From: Kiritimatiellia bacterium
GTDB taxonomy: Bacteria > Verrucomicrobiota > Kiritimatiellia > RFP12 > UBA1067
Length of the DNA: 64,000 nucleotides
Reading direction: 5' to 3'
Assembly (NCBI GenBank): GCA_045656225.1
Contig: JAZOQU010000001.1
Location: 19,466-83,465 of the forward strand
Positions within the stretch are counted from its first letter, which is position 1, and each line of letters begins with the position of its first letter. Shown piece after piece: positions 19,156 to 28,119 of the stretch. The notes beneath the pieces were generated by a model. It saw only the letters and a program-made list of their open reading frames with translations. It was not told the DNA's origin and ran no database searches. Made by a program: the position numbers and the translations under genes.

Positions 19156-19290
19156 ATGAAAAACTTGTCGCATATTTTATTGATTGTTTTTCGAAATTTA
19201 ACTTGTTTTATGAAATTTATGAATTTGATGGTATTCTCTCATCTACGCGGCATTGGATGGATGTTTTTCAGTTGTGAACTCAACCGTTAA
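19156..19290 (+). CDS. candidate small hydrophobic protein or leader peptide (44 aa)
   Basis: This ORF is not in the ORF track (below the size cut-off). GGAGG at 19146-19150 lies 5 nt before the ATG at 19156. My translation is MKNLSHILLIVFRNLTCFMKFMNLMVFSHLRGIGWMFFSCELNR, with the stop at 19288-19290, 20 nt before the next gene. Confidence 0.3.
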   Translation: MKNLSHILLIVFRNLTCFMKFMNLMVFSHLRGIGWMFFSCELNR

Positions 19291-19309
19291 ACTCAAACAT
19301 TAAAATTCC

Positions 19310-20614
19310 ATGAATCGTTTAGTTCTTTTTGTATACGGTGTGGCAGCAGCCATCTTGATGTGTGCAGGTACGGCTCTGGGAAATGTAAAGGAGCTGTGCG
19401 TCGGAGTATGGAAGGGCGGAGCGTCTGGCCTTTCGAAAGAGACATATCTTGTTGTGCGGACCGACGGTACTGGCGCCGCGTTTGGCGTTTCGGGGCGTGG
19501 CGAACAGAAAAAGGCTTATGAGTTTGAATTCGAACCCGACGGTGATGTGCTGAAATTGAAAAATCGCTGGGCGATGCGAAAGGGAAAGCGTCGCGATTAC
19601 AACGACCGTAATGAAGGCCGCCTTTGGGTTGAGGCGAAGAGCGGAAAGTTGATGATGTCGGACGGGACTCGTATGAAGTCTTTCGAGCGGGCCAGAGACA
19701 TTGAGGATCCTTTTCGGCGAAATGCCGGCAAGTCTTTAAAGGATGCAGTGGTTGGAGTGTGGTGCGGAGGAAGCGAATTCAATGCGTGCAGCATGGTGCT
19801 GGCGAAAAACGGCGACGCGTTGTTTGTTTTCGCCGCAGGCGGAGCGTTTGGGAAGTGGTCTCTTACGCCTGAGGGTGGTGTAAAACTTCTGTTGGATGAT
19901 TCTGGAGATACCCAGAGTATGGTTGCGCATTATGATCCCGCGGAAGATATGATGTCTTTCGGTAAGACCCGAGAGATCTTTCGCAATGTGAAGGTTTCGC
20001 CGGAAGAAGCCATGAGACCGTTCAATGAAAAGATTGCTGAAATAGCCAGGCAAAAGGCGCGCCGACGTGAATTGTATTTAGCAGACAAGAATTGCGTTAC
20101 GACGACGAATGAGTTTACCTCCGTTGCAGAAATTGTGACGAGCCTTTTAGCGGATAGGAGCGATGGCTTTTGTGAGCGTTTGATAACGATAGAGACGGGT
20201 GTTGAAAGCCTGTCGGACAGTTTTCATGTAGATACACGTGGCTCCGGTTTTGTTCGCGCTTTTTTTCAGACTGGCTACTCGGAAAGGGGGCCTCAACCTG
20301 CGGATGCAGATGTGTTTGTGTCGGAGTGGAGATATTCACGGCCTCGTGGGATTGTAGATCCTAAAAGGACCTTTCGGCATGGCATTGACAAGATTAAGGA
20401 TAGTGCGCAGGCGTACAAGGGTGCAGGTATAGCTTGCAGGGAAGGTTGGCAGGTGCGGTCGCGGGGAATGTGGCATTCATGGACGGAAAACGCAATGATG
20501 GATTGGAATACCGCAAAGGCTGACAACGAGGCATTCATCAAACTTCTCGAGCCCAGATTCGAAGGTCGCTTCCCTTGCAAAGGGACAGTGCTCACAATCA
20601 GGACGAAGAAATAA
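19310..20614 (+). CDS. secreted hypothetical protein with internal duplication
   Basis: Signal peptide MNRLVLFVYGVAAAILMCAGTALG. Two related segments are present (VGVWKGGASG...GDVLKLK and VVGVWCGGSEF...GGVKLLL). GC content looks lower than in neighbours. Confidence 0.6.
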   Translation: MNRLVLFVYGVAAAILMCAGTALGNVKELCVGVWKGGASGLSKETYLVVRTDGTGAAFGVSGRGEQKKAYEFEFEPDGDVLKLKNRWAMRKGKRRDYNDRNEGRLWVEAKSGKLMMSDGTRMKSFERARDIEDPFRRNAGKSLKDAVVGVWCGGSEFNACSMVLAKNGDALFVFAAGGAFGKWSLTPEGGVKLLLDDSGDTQSMVAHYDPAEDMMSFGKTREIFRNVKVSPEEAMRPFNEKIAEIARQKARRRELYLADKNCVTTTNEFTSVAEIVTSLLADRSDGFCERLITIETGVESLSDSFHVDTRGSGFVRAFFQTGYSERGPQPADADVFVSEWRYSRPRGIVDPKRTFRHGIDKIKDSAQAYKGAGIACREGWQVRSRGMWHSWTENAMMDWNTAKADNEAFIKLLEPRFEGRFPCKGTVLTIRTKK

Positions 20615-20787
20615 GATTTATTGGGAACCAGATACCATTATTTTTAGTCGGAAGATGTAGTTAAAAAGATGGTTTTGGGGGACTGTCTCCAACGGTGATA
20701 ATTCTACAAATTGCATTCTCGTCGTTCGTGACATCCCTTGCTTCGAACTTATCATTAATTGTCGCGCTTTTATTTTATGGGCTAAAG

Positions 20788-20796
20788 TGGTATAAT
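20788..20796 (+). promoter_or_regulatory. extended -10 promoter (TGgTATAAT) upstream of the helicase gene
   Basis: The motif match is exact. It lies about 117 nt upstream of the ATG at 20913. Confidence 0.4.
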
Positions 20797-20912
20797 TGCT
20801 GGCGATAATGATGAACGATTATAAAAATTCGATAAGAGGAATCGGCAAGTTGAATCACGCTTGAGCCGATTTATTGTAATAAGCAGTGTTAAAAATCTAA
20901 AACGGTTAAAAA

Positions 20913-23066
20913 ATGACAGATTTTTCGAAGCTTCTCAACCCAGAGCAGTGCGCCGCCGCAACAACGGGCGATGGCCCCATGCTCGTTCTGGCCGCCGCCG
21001 GAACGGGTAAAACCCGCACGCTCGTCCACCGCGTCGCGTATCTGATCGAAAAGGGGGTGCCCGCCGAAAGAATCCTTCTACTGACGTTCACGAACAAGGC
21101 GGCGAAGGAAATGCTTGAGCGGGCGAGGCAGGTTGTAGGTCCGTCGGTAGAAACGATCTGGAGCGGAACATTCCATTCGATATGCGCGAAGTTTTTACGG
21201 CGCTACGCCTCCCTCATCGGCTATCAGCCGGGCTTTCAGATTCTCGACGAGGACGATCAGAAAAAACTCATCGGCGATATAATAAAGAAGGTCGCCAAGG
21301 ATCCTAAGGATTTCATTAAAAAGGAGATTGTCGCGAAGATGATTTCCGAGGCCGCGAACGAGCAGAAGCCGATTCAGTTTATCGCGTCGCGCTATCTCAC
21401 AAAAGTCGCCGGTGTCGTCCCTGAAGAGATTCAGATGGTCGCCGATAAATACAAGGCGCGCAAGCTTGAATTGGGTGCGATGGATTTTGACGATCTTCTG
21501 GTTAACGGACTGCGGCTTTTAAAGGAAAAAGATTCCGTCAGGGAATTTCTGCAGGAGCATTTTCTCTACGTACTCGTCGACGAATATCAGGATACGAACG
21601 GTATTCAGGCCGAGTTTACCGACATTATTGCCGCGAAGCACCGCAACATTATGGCCGTAGGCGACGACTTTCAGTGCATTTACACCTGGCGCGGAGCGCA
21701 GATTGAAAACATCATGGAGTTTCCGAAGCGATGGGACGGATGCCGCGTGGTGAAACTCGAGCGCAACTATCGTTCTCAGTCGGGCGTTCTTGATGTCGCC
21801 AATACGGTGATGAAAGATGTTCCCGAGCAGTTTCAGAAGGTCTTAAAGCCTGTACGGACGGCGTCGTACGCGAAGCCGACTCTTTGTAAGGGCGGCGACA
21901 GCAAGTCTCAGGCGCAGGAGATTCTTCGCCTTGTAAGACAGGCGAAGGAGGCGGGCTACGGTTACAGCGACATGGCGGTTCTTTACCGCAGTCACTTCCA
22001 GTCGATCGATGTTCAGATGACTTTGGCGCGCATGAAGATTCCCTACCGCATCACTTCGGGAGTCGGCGTGTTCGAGCAGATTCACGTTAAAGATACTCTC
22101 GCTTATCTGCGGCTTTTGGTCAATCCGATGGATGAACTTTCGTTCCTGCGTTTTGTTTCACTCCTCCCCGGAGTCGGTGAGGCGACGGCGCGGAAATACT
22201 GGGATAAACTCGGGCGGCAGTTCGATCCGAAGCGACGCGAAGACCGTAATGCGCTCGGGGGGCTACTTGGTGCAAAGGCGAAGAGCGTTTGGTCGCCGCT
22301 TGTAAAGGCGATGGAATCGGCTGAAGAACATCTTAAGGAACACGCTGTCGGCGAGCTCGTGGACGACTTTGTGGACTTTTTCTATGAGGATTACTTGAGA
22401 GAGGAATGGGAAGAGGCGGATGCCGAGGATCGTCTTCAAGATGTAAAAGAGTTGGCTGTTCAGATAGCCGATTCCCCCGACGGGCTTGAAGGGTTTCTTT
22501 CTGACGTGGCGCTTATGACGAATCTCGATGCCAGGAAGAATAACATTTCGGCAGATAGAGTCACACTTTCGACAATACATCAAGCTAAGGGTATGGAGTG
22601 GCCCGTAGTTATGGTGCCGTGGTGCAGTGAGGGGTTGTTCCCTTCGGCCAAGGCGGCTGAGGAGGGGCGTCTTGACGAGGAGCGTCGTCTATTTTACGTT
22701 GTGGTGACGCGTGCGAAAGATGAGCTTTATATGTTTTCTCCTGCGATGCGCAAGTCGGCTGACGGCGGAATGTTCCCAGTCGAACCGTCCGTATTTGTGA
22801 AGGCAATACCTGATAATCTGGTTAATTTGCGCCGTTTGATGTTTACGCCCGATCAGTTCTCTCAACGCCCTGGCGGATGGGGACAGTCCCCTCGCGGCGG
22901 ATACGGAGGCGGATACGGAGGCGGCTATGGCGCGGGCCGAGCGGGTTACGGCGCCGACCGTCCCCATTACACTTACGGCCAGGGGGGACAGTCCCCTCGC
23001 GGCGGCGGAGGAGGAAAGTCGGGCTCGGGCGGCGGTTATATTACTAAAACGACATGGAGACGGTGA
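20913..23066 (+). CDS. UvrD/PcrA/Rep-family ATP-dependent DNA helicase with C-terminal RGG/YG-rich tail
   Basis: Walker A (AAAGTGKTRTL), motif II (DEYQDTN), NYRS and TIHQAKGMEW are present. The last ~65 aa are low-complexity (GQSPRGGYGGGYGGGYG...GQSPRGGGGGKSGSGGG). Confidence 0.9.
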   Translation: MTDFSKLLNPEQCAAATTGDGPMLVLAAAGTGKTRTLVHRVAYLIEKGVPAERILLLTFTNKAAKEMLERARQVVGPSVETIWSGTFHSICAKFLRRYASLIGYQPGFQILDEDDQKKLIGDIIKKVAKDPKDFIKKEIVAKMISEAANEQKPIQFIASRYLTKVAGVVPEEIQMVADKYKARKLELGAMDFDDLLVNGLRLLKEKDSVREFLQEHFLYVLVDEYQDTNGIQAEFTDIIAAKHRNIMAVGDDFQCIYTWRGAQIENIMEFPKRWDGCRVVKLERNYRSQSGVLDVANTVMKDVPEQFQKVLKPVRTASYAKPTLCKGGDSKSQAQEILRLVRQAKEAGYGYSDMAVLYRSHFQSIDVQMTLARMKIPYRITSGVGVFEQIHVKDTLAYLRLLVNPMDELSFLRFVSLLPGVGEATARKYWDKLGRQFDPKRREDRNALGGLLGAKAKSVWSPLVKAMESAEEHLKEHAVGELVDDFVDFFYEDYLREEWEEADAEDRLQDVKELAVQIADSPDGLEGFLSDVALMTNLDARKNNISADRVTLSTIHQAKGMEWPVVMVPWCSEGLFPSAKAAEEGRLDEERRLFYVVVTRAKDELYMFSPAMRKSADGGMFPVEPSVFVKAIPDNLVNLRRLMFTPDQFSQRPGGWGQSPRGGYGGGYGGGYGAGRAGYGADRPHYTYGQGGQSPRGGGGGKSGSGGGYITKTTWRR

Positions 23067-23094
23067 TTTCCAAAGTTAATCAGGGAGGTTTAAT

Positions 23095-23664
23095 ATGGCA
23101 AAGTCTACCAAAAAGGATGTCGAAATTCTTCTCGTCAATGCGGAGATTACGGCTCTTCCGGAGCGAAAGCTTATAAAGACACGCAATCTTGTTTGTGTGG
23201 ATCTTATTTGGCCGCGAAGGGGAATTGCACGCAAATCCGCCGCACGTGAGGCTGTTATTCGCAGGGGTAAAGTTGATTTTACTTCCGAAGAATGGGCAAA
23301 GCGCGTGCTTTTGCGTGAGGAGATTGAGGATCATAGTGCGATAGCAGTTTCTATCACAGAGTCTGTCAATGTTCAGAAACTCAAGCGATTTGCGCGATTG
23401 ACCGCCAAGTATGCGTTAAGAATGGGTGCTGATTTTATGGAAAAGGCGATGGTCGGTTATGCAGATATCGCATCATCCCCGATCGACGCGTTGTCTGCGA
23501 TGGTTGGTGAGAAGGATGCTCCGGAGGCGATCGCACAGGGTGTAATTGATATTTCTGTGGTGTCTTTTGATAACCCGGAGACGTTGATCAATATTCCCCT
23601 TAAACGCCCGGGCGAGGACAAGATCATAGGAACGATGGTTGTTGCGTTGCGTATTTTGAACTGA
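23095..23664 (+). CDS. hypothetical protein
   Basis: A strong GGGAGG Shine-Dalgarno sequence lies 7 nt upstream of the ATG. Codon usage is coding-like. I did not recognise any motif. Confidence 0.55.
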   Translation: MAKSTKKDVEILLVNAEITALPERKLIKTRNLVCVDLIWPRRGIARKSAAREAVIRRGKVDFTSEEWAKRVLLREEIEDHSAIAVSITESVNVQKLKRFARLTAKYALRMGADFMEKAMVGYADIASSPIDALSAMVGEKDAPEAIAQGVIDISVVSFDNPETLINIPLKRPGEDKIIGTMVVALRILN

Positions 23665-23699
23665 CAGAGGAGAATCTTTTTCGATACCCCTCCTTTTTA

Positions 23700-23708
23700 T
23701 GGTATAAT
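23700..23708 (+). promoter_or_regulatory. extended -10 promoter (TGgTATAAT), short or no leader
   Basis: The hexamer ends at 23708. The ATG at 23720 follows after 11 nt with no Shine-Dalgarno sequence. Confidence 0.5.
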
Positions 23709-23719
23709 ATTCAACCGAT

Positions 23720-24286
23720 ATGTGGAACTATTCTGATAAGATGATGGACCATTTCCGGAATCCCCGGAATGTTGGTACGATTGAAAATCCCGACGGCAGC
23801 GCGACGGTAGGCTCTCTCGCCTGCGGTGACGCGCTTAAATTTCAGTTTAAGCTCGGAGAAGACGGTAAAATCGTCGAAGCTAAATTCCAGACTTTCGGTT
23901 GCGCGAGCGCAATCGCGTCCAGTTCGGCGCTTACCGAGATGGTTCTCGGCAAGACTCTCGAAGAGGCCAAAAAGATTACGAATCAGGAGATCGCCGACTA
24001 TCTCGGCGGGCTTCCGCCTCAGAAGATGCATTGTTCGGTAATGGGCCGCGAGGCGATGGAAGCGGCTATAAAAAATTACGAAACGGGCGAGAATTCCGAT
24101 AAGAACCTGGAAGAAAGCGTTCTCTGTTCATGCTACAACGTTTCCGAGAACGAGATCCGCCGCGTCGTGACGGAGAACCAGCTTACGTCGGTCGAGGAGG
24201 TAATGAACTTTACCAAGGCTGGCGGCGGCTGCGGACGCTGCAAAGAAAACATTCAGAAAATCATCGACGAAATCATAAAGCGTTGA
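23720..24286 (+). CDS. nifU: NifU/IscU-type Fe-S cluster scaffold with C-terminal BFD-like [2Fe-2S] domain
   Basis: The N-terminus is IscU-like (YSDKMMDHFRNPRNVG..GSLACGDALKF..FGCASAIASS..MHCS). It is followed by CSCYNVSENEIRRVV..GGGCGRC. Confidence 0.85.
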   Translation: MWNYSDKMMDHFRNPRNVGTIENPDGSATVGSLACGDALKFQFKLGEDGKIVEAKFQTFGCASAIASSSALTEMVLGKTLEEAKKITNQEIADYLGGLPPQKMHCSVMGREAMEAAIKNYETGENSDKNLEESVLCSCYNVSENEIRRVVTENQLTSVEEVMNFTKAGGGCGRCKENIQKIIDEIIKR

Positions 24287-24304
24287 CGCGGATCGGCGGG
24301 GTAA

Positions 24305-25312
24305 ATGAGATTAGGATTTGACAACGATAAGTATGTTCGCGAGCAGTCGAAGGAAATTCGCCGCCGCGCTGAGAAATACGGCAAGCTCTATCTTGAATTC
24401 GGCGGCAAACTGATGAACGACAATCACGCCGCGCGCTGCCTGCCCGGGTACGATCCTAACGTAAAGCTCCGTCTTCTGCAGAGTTTAGGCGATCAGGCCG
24501 AACTTGTGCTTTGCATTTACGCCGGCGATATCGAGCAGAAGAAGCGCCGCGCCGACTACGGCACGACGTACGAGGAAGAGACCCTTAAGCTCATCAACGC
24601 GATGCGCGAATTCGGCATCTCCGTGCGCGGAGTCGCGATAACGCGCTTCGACGGCCACCCCTCGACGCGCGCTTTCGCGAAGACTCTCGAGGACGCGGGC
24701 GTGGCGGTATTTTATCATTATCCGATTCAGGGTTATCCCAACGACCTTGATACCATCGTGAGCGATTCCGGTTACGGACGCAACGATTACATCCCGACCG
24801 ATAAACCGATCGTCGTCGTTACGGGGCCTGGTCCCGGCTCGGGAAAGTTCGCCACGTGTCTTACGATGCTTTATCACGAGGTGAAGCGCGGCAATAGGGC
24901 GGGTTATGCGAAATTCGAGACGTTCCCTGTATGGAATCTCCCTTTGATGCATCCGTTGAACGTCGCGTATGAAGCGGCGACGCTGGAGCTTAAGGACGAG
25001 AATCAGATCGACCCTCATCACTTTTTGGCTTACGGCGAAATCCGCGTAAATTACAACCGCGATGTCGAGGGCTATCCTATTCTGCGCGAAATCTGGGAGC
25101 GGATGATGGGCGAGTCGTGCCCGTACAAGTCGCCGACCGACATGGGCGTAAACAGAATCGCAAGCGGCATTGTCAACGACGTCGTCGTGCGTGCGGCATG
25201 CCGCGAGGAGTGCGTCCGGAGATACAGCAGGATAAAAGCCGATTTCGATGCCGGCAATGTCGGCACGGAAATGCTGGCACGCGCGTTGACCGTTATGGCC
25301 CGCGCCGATTGA
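24305..25312 (+). CDS. DUF1846 (UPF0371) family protein, apparently lacking the usual C-terminal third
   Basis: The N-terminus is family-typical (KLYLEFGGKLMNDNHAARCLPGYDPNVKLRLL; GPGPGSGKFATC; YAKFETFPVWNLPLMHPLNVAYEAAT; SPTDMGVN). The ORF stops at 335 aa. Confidence 0.75.
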   Translation: MRLGFDNDKYVREQSKEIRRRAEKYGKLYLEFGGKLMNDNHAARCLPGYDPNVKLRLLQSLGDQAELVLCIYAGDIEQKKRRADYGTTYEEETLKLINAMREFGISVRGVAITRFDGHPSTRAFAKTLEDAGVAVFYHYPIQGYPNDLDTIVSDSGYGRNDYIPTDKPIVVVTGPGPGSGKFATCLTMLYHEVKRGNRAGYAKFETFPVWNLPLMHPLNVAYEAATLELKDENQIDPHHFLAYGEIRVNYNRDVEGYPILREIWERMMGESCPYKSPTDMGVNRIASGIVNDVVVRAACREECVRRYSRIKADFDAGNVGTEMLARALTVMARAD

Positions 25313-25329
25313 TCGAATGTTTTTGCCAC

Positions 25330-25358
25330 TTGAAAGTTTGGATGAAAAAGGGTAAAAT
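25330..25358 (+). promoter_or_regulatory. sigma70-like promoter TTGAAA-17-TAAAAT, short or no leader
   Basis: The -35 element is at 25330-25335 and the -10 at 25353-25358, with a 17-nt spacer. The ATG at 25370 follows after 11 nt. Confidence 0.5.
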
Positions 25359-25369
25359 AACATTCCGTT

Positions 25370-25984
25370 ATGGCACGCATTAAGTTGACAAAAACGGAAT
25401 TAAAAGCGCAGACAGACGCTCTCAAGCGTTTTCAGCGCTTTCTTCCTATGTTGCAACTTAAAAAGCAGCAGCTTCAAGGCGAAATCGCGTTGATTTCCGC
25501 GAAAGCAGACGAAGTAAGCGCGAAGGAGCGCGAGACACGCACAGAATTAGATAAGTGGGTTGGGCTTTTCGCAACTGATGAAGAGTTGCTCTCTGGTCTC
25601 GTTAAAGTTAAATCCGTCAATACGGGCGAGGCGAATATAGCGGGGGTCGCCATTCCTACTTTCGATTCCATTGAGACTGACGTTAAAGAGGTTGATCTTT
25701 GGGATACTCCGGCGTGGGTTGACGACGCGGTTGACGCGACGACTCGAATATTGACTCTTCAGTGCGAGCGGGCTATATTTGAAGAACAGCGCCGTCTTGT
25801 GACGATTGAACTTCATCAGACTTCCCAGCGCGTCAATCTTTTTGAGAAGGTTAAGATTCCCGATTGTAAGGAAGCTATTCGCGTTATTAAAATCGCTCTT
25901 GGTGATGAGCAGACTGCTGCCGTTACGCGCGGTAAAATCGCTAAGTCGAGAACGCCCGCAGTCAATTCCGGGGAGGAAGCGTAA
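25370..25984 (+). CDS. ntpD: V/A-type ATP synthase subunit D
   Basis: The N-terminus is typical (MARIKLTKTELKAQTDALKRFQRFLPMLQLKKQQL). The C-terminal motifs QRVNLFEKVKIP and LGDEQTAAVTRGKIAK match subunit D. Confidence 0.8.
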   Translation: MARIKLTKTELKAQTDALKRFQRFLPMLQLKKQQLQGEIALISAKADEVSAKERETRTELDKWVGLFATDEELLSGLVKVKSVNTGEANIAGVAIPTFDSIETDVKEVDLWDTPAWVDDAVDATTRILTLQCERAIFEEQRRLVTIELHQTSQRVNLFEKVKIPDCKEAIRVIKIALGDEQTAAVTRGKIAKSRTPAVNSGEEA

Positions 25985-27621
25985 TGTTAGTTAAAATGCT
26001 TCATCTCGATCTTCTGTGCGTTGCGGAAGAATCAGATTCAACCCTTGAAAAGTTGCGCTCACTCGGAGCGGTTCATTTGGATTTGTCGTCGGCCCAAGGC
26101 GCTGAAGTGTCTTCCGCCAAGGGTGATGCCGCCGATGCCGAGAAAGCCGTCAGATATGTTTTAAAAGCGCGCGGTAAAGGCGCTCAGGGTACGGTGCAGC
26201 GTTCGGTTGAAGATATTCTCTCAATCCAAAACACTATCGAAGAGCTTTCTGACGCATTGGAGGATTTGAATCGTGAAATCGCCAAGTATGAGCCTTATGG
26301 CGATTTCGATCCCGTGCTCGCCCAAAAACTTCTTGATTACGGGATAGATCTGAATAGCATCGCAGAACTTCCAGAAATACTGCCGGCGAAGCGTCTTGGT
26401 GAAATGAAGTCGGATGCCGCGAGGCTTGAGTTTGAGATAACCGGCAGGGTTGCGGATCTCGCTGCAACCGATGAGAATGCTGTTGTCGCTTTGTTTCCCT
26501 CGATTGCTGAACGTATCGCTTTTGCTGCGGCACGTGAGATAATGGTCGTAAACGGTGCTGTTTCTGTTATTTCAGGCTGGATTCCTGCGCGTTCTCTCAA
26601 TGATCTTAAATCGTCTGCAGACAAGGAGGGTTGGGGTCTTTTGACCCGTGATGCCTATGATGGCGAGAAGCCTCCGACTCTAATTGAACCTCCTAAGTTT
26701 TTCCGGCCGATGAAGGCTTTGTTTGACGGACTCGGTATAGCTCCCGCTTATACCGAGAGTGATGTTTCCGTGCCATTCATGTGTTACTTTTCGATTTTCT
26801 TCGCGATGCTTGTGGGAGATGGAGCATACGGAGCTATTTTTCTTACCGGTGCGTTTGCTATGCGGAAAAAGCTTCCCCGCAGCTGGTTTATTCTTCTGTC
26901 TGTATTTTCTATCGCCACCATCGCCTGGGGAGTCTTTTCCAACACATGGTTCGGTGCACAGATTCCTTTGCTTGCCTCGTTGCCGACCGTCCGGTGGCTC
27001 GCAGATCCGAGTTATCATAACATGATGCTTCTCTGTTTCACGATAGGCGTTTCCCATTTGATGCTCGCCAGAATATGGAACGGTATATGCCGTTTTCCGG
27101 ATTCTACAGCTCTCGCCGAGTTCGGCTGGTCTGGAATTGTTCTTTTCATGTATCTTGTGACCAATTCCATCGTTGGTATTTTCCCTGCAGTTCCGTCATG
27201 GGGTTTCTATGTGTTTTACACGTCGCTCGCGCTTGTCGTCCTCTTTTCCGTAAAGCCATCTGAGCTTAAAACACGCGGAGCAGAGATCGGGATGCTGCCG
27301 TTGACGATAATGAGCACACTTGGAGATATAATTTCGTATGTTCGTCTTTTTGCGGTTGGCTTAGCGTCTGTAAAGGTTGCGGAAAACTTTAATTCAATGG
27401 CGACCGGTCTTCTTGACGGTGCCGACGGAGTGTGGGTTAAAATTTTGATGTCGATCGCGATGGTGGCTATTCTTTTCATCGGACATGCTCTTAATCTCGC
27501 GATGGCGGGGCTTTCGATTCTTGTTCATGCCGTCCGTCTTAACACATTGGAGTTTTCTAACCATAAGGGTGTTACATGGTCGGGTGTGCTCTATAATCCG
27601 TTTAAACGTAAGAAAGTTTAA
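25984..27621 (+). CDS. ntpI: V/A-type ATP synthase subunit I (a-subunit)
   Basis: The start overlaps the D stop. A soluble N-terminal half is followed by a polytopic C-terminal half with the conserved Arg region (SYVRLFAVGLAS) and HALNLAMAGLSILVHAVRLNTLEF. Confidence 0.8.
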   Translation: MLVKMLHLDLLCVAEESDSTLEKLRSLGAVHLDLSSAQGAEVSSAKGDAADAEKAVRYVLKARGKGAQGTVQRSVEDILSIQNTIEELSDALEDLNREIAKYEPYGDFDPVLAQKLLDYGIDLNSIAELPEILPAKRLGEMKSDAARLEFEITGRVADLAATDENAVVALFPSIAERIAFAAAREIMVVNGAVSVISGWIPARSLNDLKSSADKEGWGLLTRDAYDGEKPPTLIEPPKFFRPMKALFDGLGIAPAYTESDVSVPFMCYFSIFFAMLVGDGAYGAIFLTGAFAMRKKLPRSWFILLSVFSIATIAWGVFSNTWFGAQIPLLASLPTVRWLADPSYHNMMLLCFTIGVSHLMLARIWNGICRFPDSTALAEFGWSGIVLFMYLVTNSIVGIFPAVPSWGFYVFYTSLALVVLFSVKPSELKTRGAEIGMLPLTIMSTLGDIISYVRLFAVGLASVKVAENFNSMATGLLDGADGVWVKILMSIAMVAILFIGHALNLAMAGLSILVHAVRLNTLEFSNHKGVTWSGVLYNPFKRKKV

Positions 27622-27650
27622 TTAACACTATAAAAAGAAGGAGATAAGAA

Positions 27651-28109
27651 ATGAGTGATGCAGCAATGATAGTCGCGGGCGCGATCGCCTGCTTGGGTCT
27701 CGCCGGTGCCGGCAGCGCTTTCGGTACGGGTTATGCCGCTGCTGCGGCTGTAGGCGCGTGGAAGAAGTGCTATGCGGCCAACAAGCCCGCTCCGTTCCTT
27801 CTTCTTTCGTTCGTGGGCGCTCCCATCACCCAGACGCTCTACGGAATGATTCTTATGTTCATTATGCTCGGCAAGGTCGGCAACGTCGCTCCCGGCGCCG
27901 GAGTTCCTGTTCTTGTCGCAGGTATTTTCGCAGGCCTCGCCATCGGTCTTTCGGCTCTCTTCCAGGGCCGCGCCGGAGCCGCCGCATGCGACGCTCAGGC
28001 CGAGACTAATCAGGGCTTCACTAACTATCTCGCCGCGCTCGGCATCGTAGAGACGGTCGCTATTTTCGCGATGGTCTTCGCGCTTATCGCTCTTGGCGCC
28101 ATTAAGTAA
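27651..28109 (+). CDS. ntpK: V/A-type ATP synthase subunit K (proteolipid)
   Basis: An AAGGAG Shine-Dalgarno sequence is present. The protein is a Gly/Ala-rich four-helix proteolipid with an essential-Glu-type motif (GIVETVAIFAM). Confidence 0.8.
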   Translation: MSDAAMIVAGAIACLGLAGAGSAFGTGYAAAAAVGAWKKCYAANKPAPFLLLSFVGAPITQTLYGMILMFIMLGKVGNVAPGAGVPVLVAGIFAGLAIGLSALFQGRAGAAACDAQAETNQGFTNYLAALGIVETVAIFAMVFALIALGAIK

Positions 28110-28119
28110 GATTTAGGTA

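Noticed and set aside
23664-23700. Terminator hairpin after the 189-aa hypothetical gene (gagg...cctc followed by T-run)
   Set aside because: The stem is only 4-5 bp with a ~17-nt loop, which is too weak to call.
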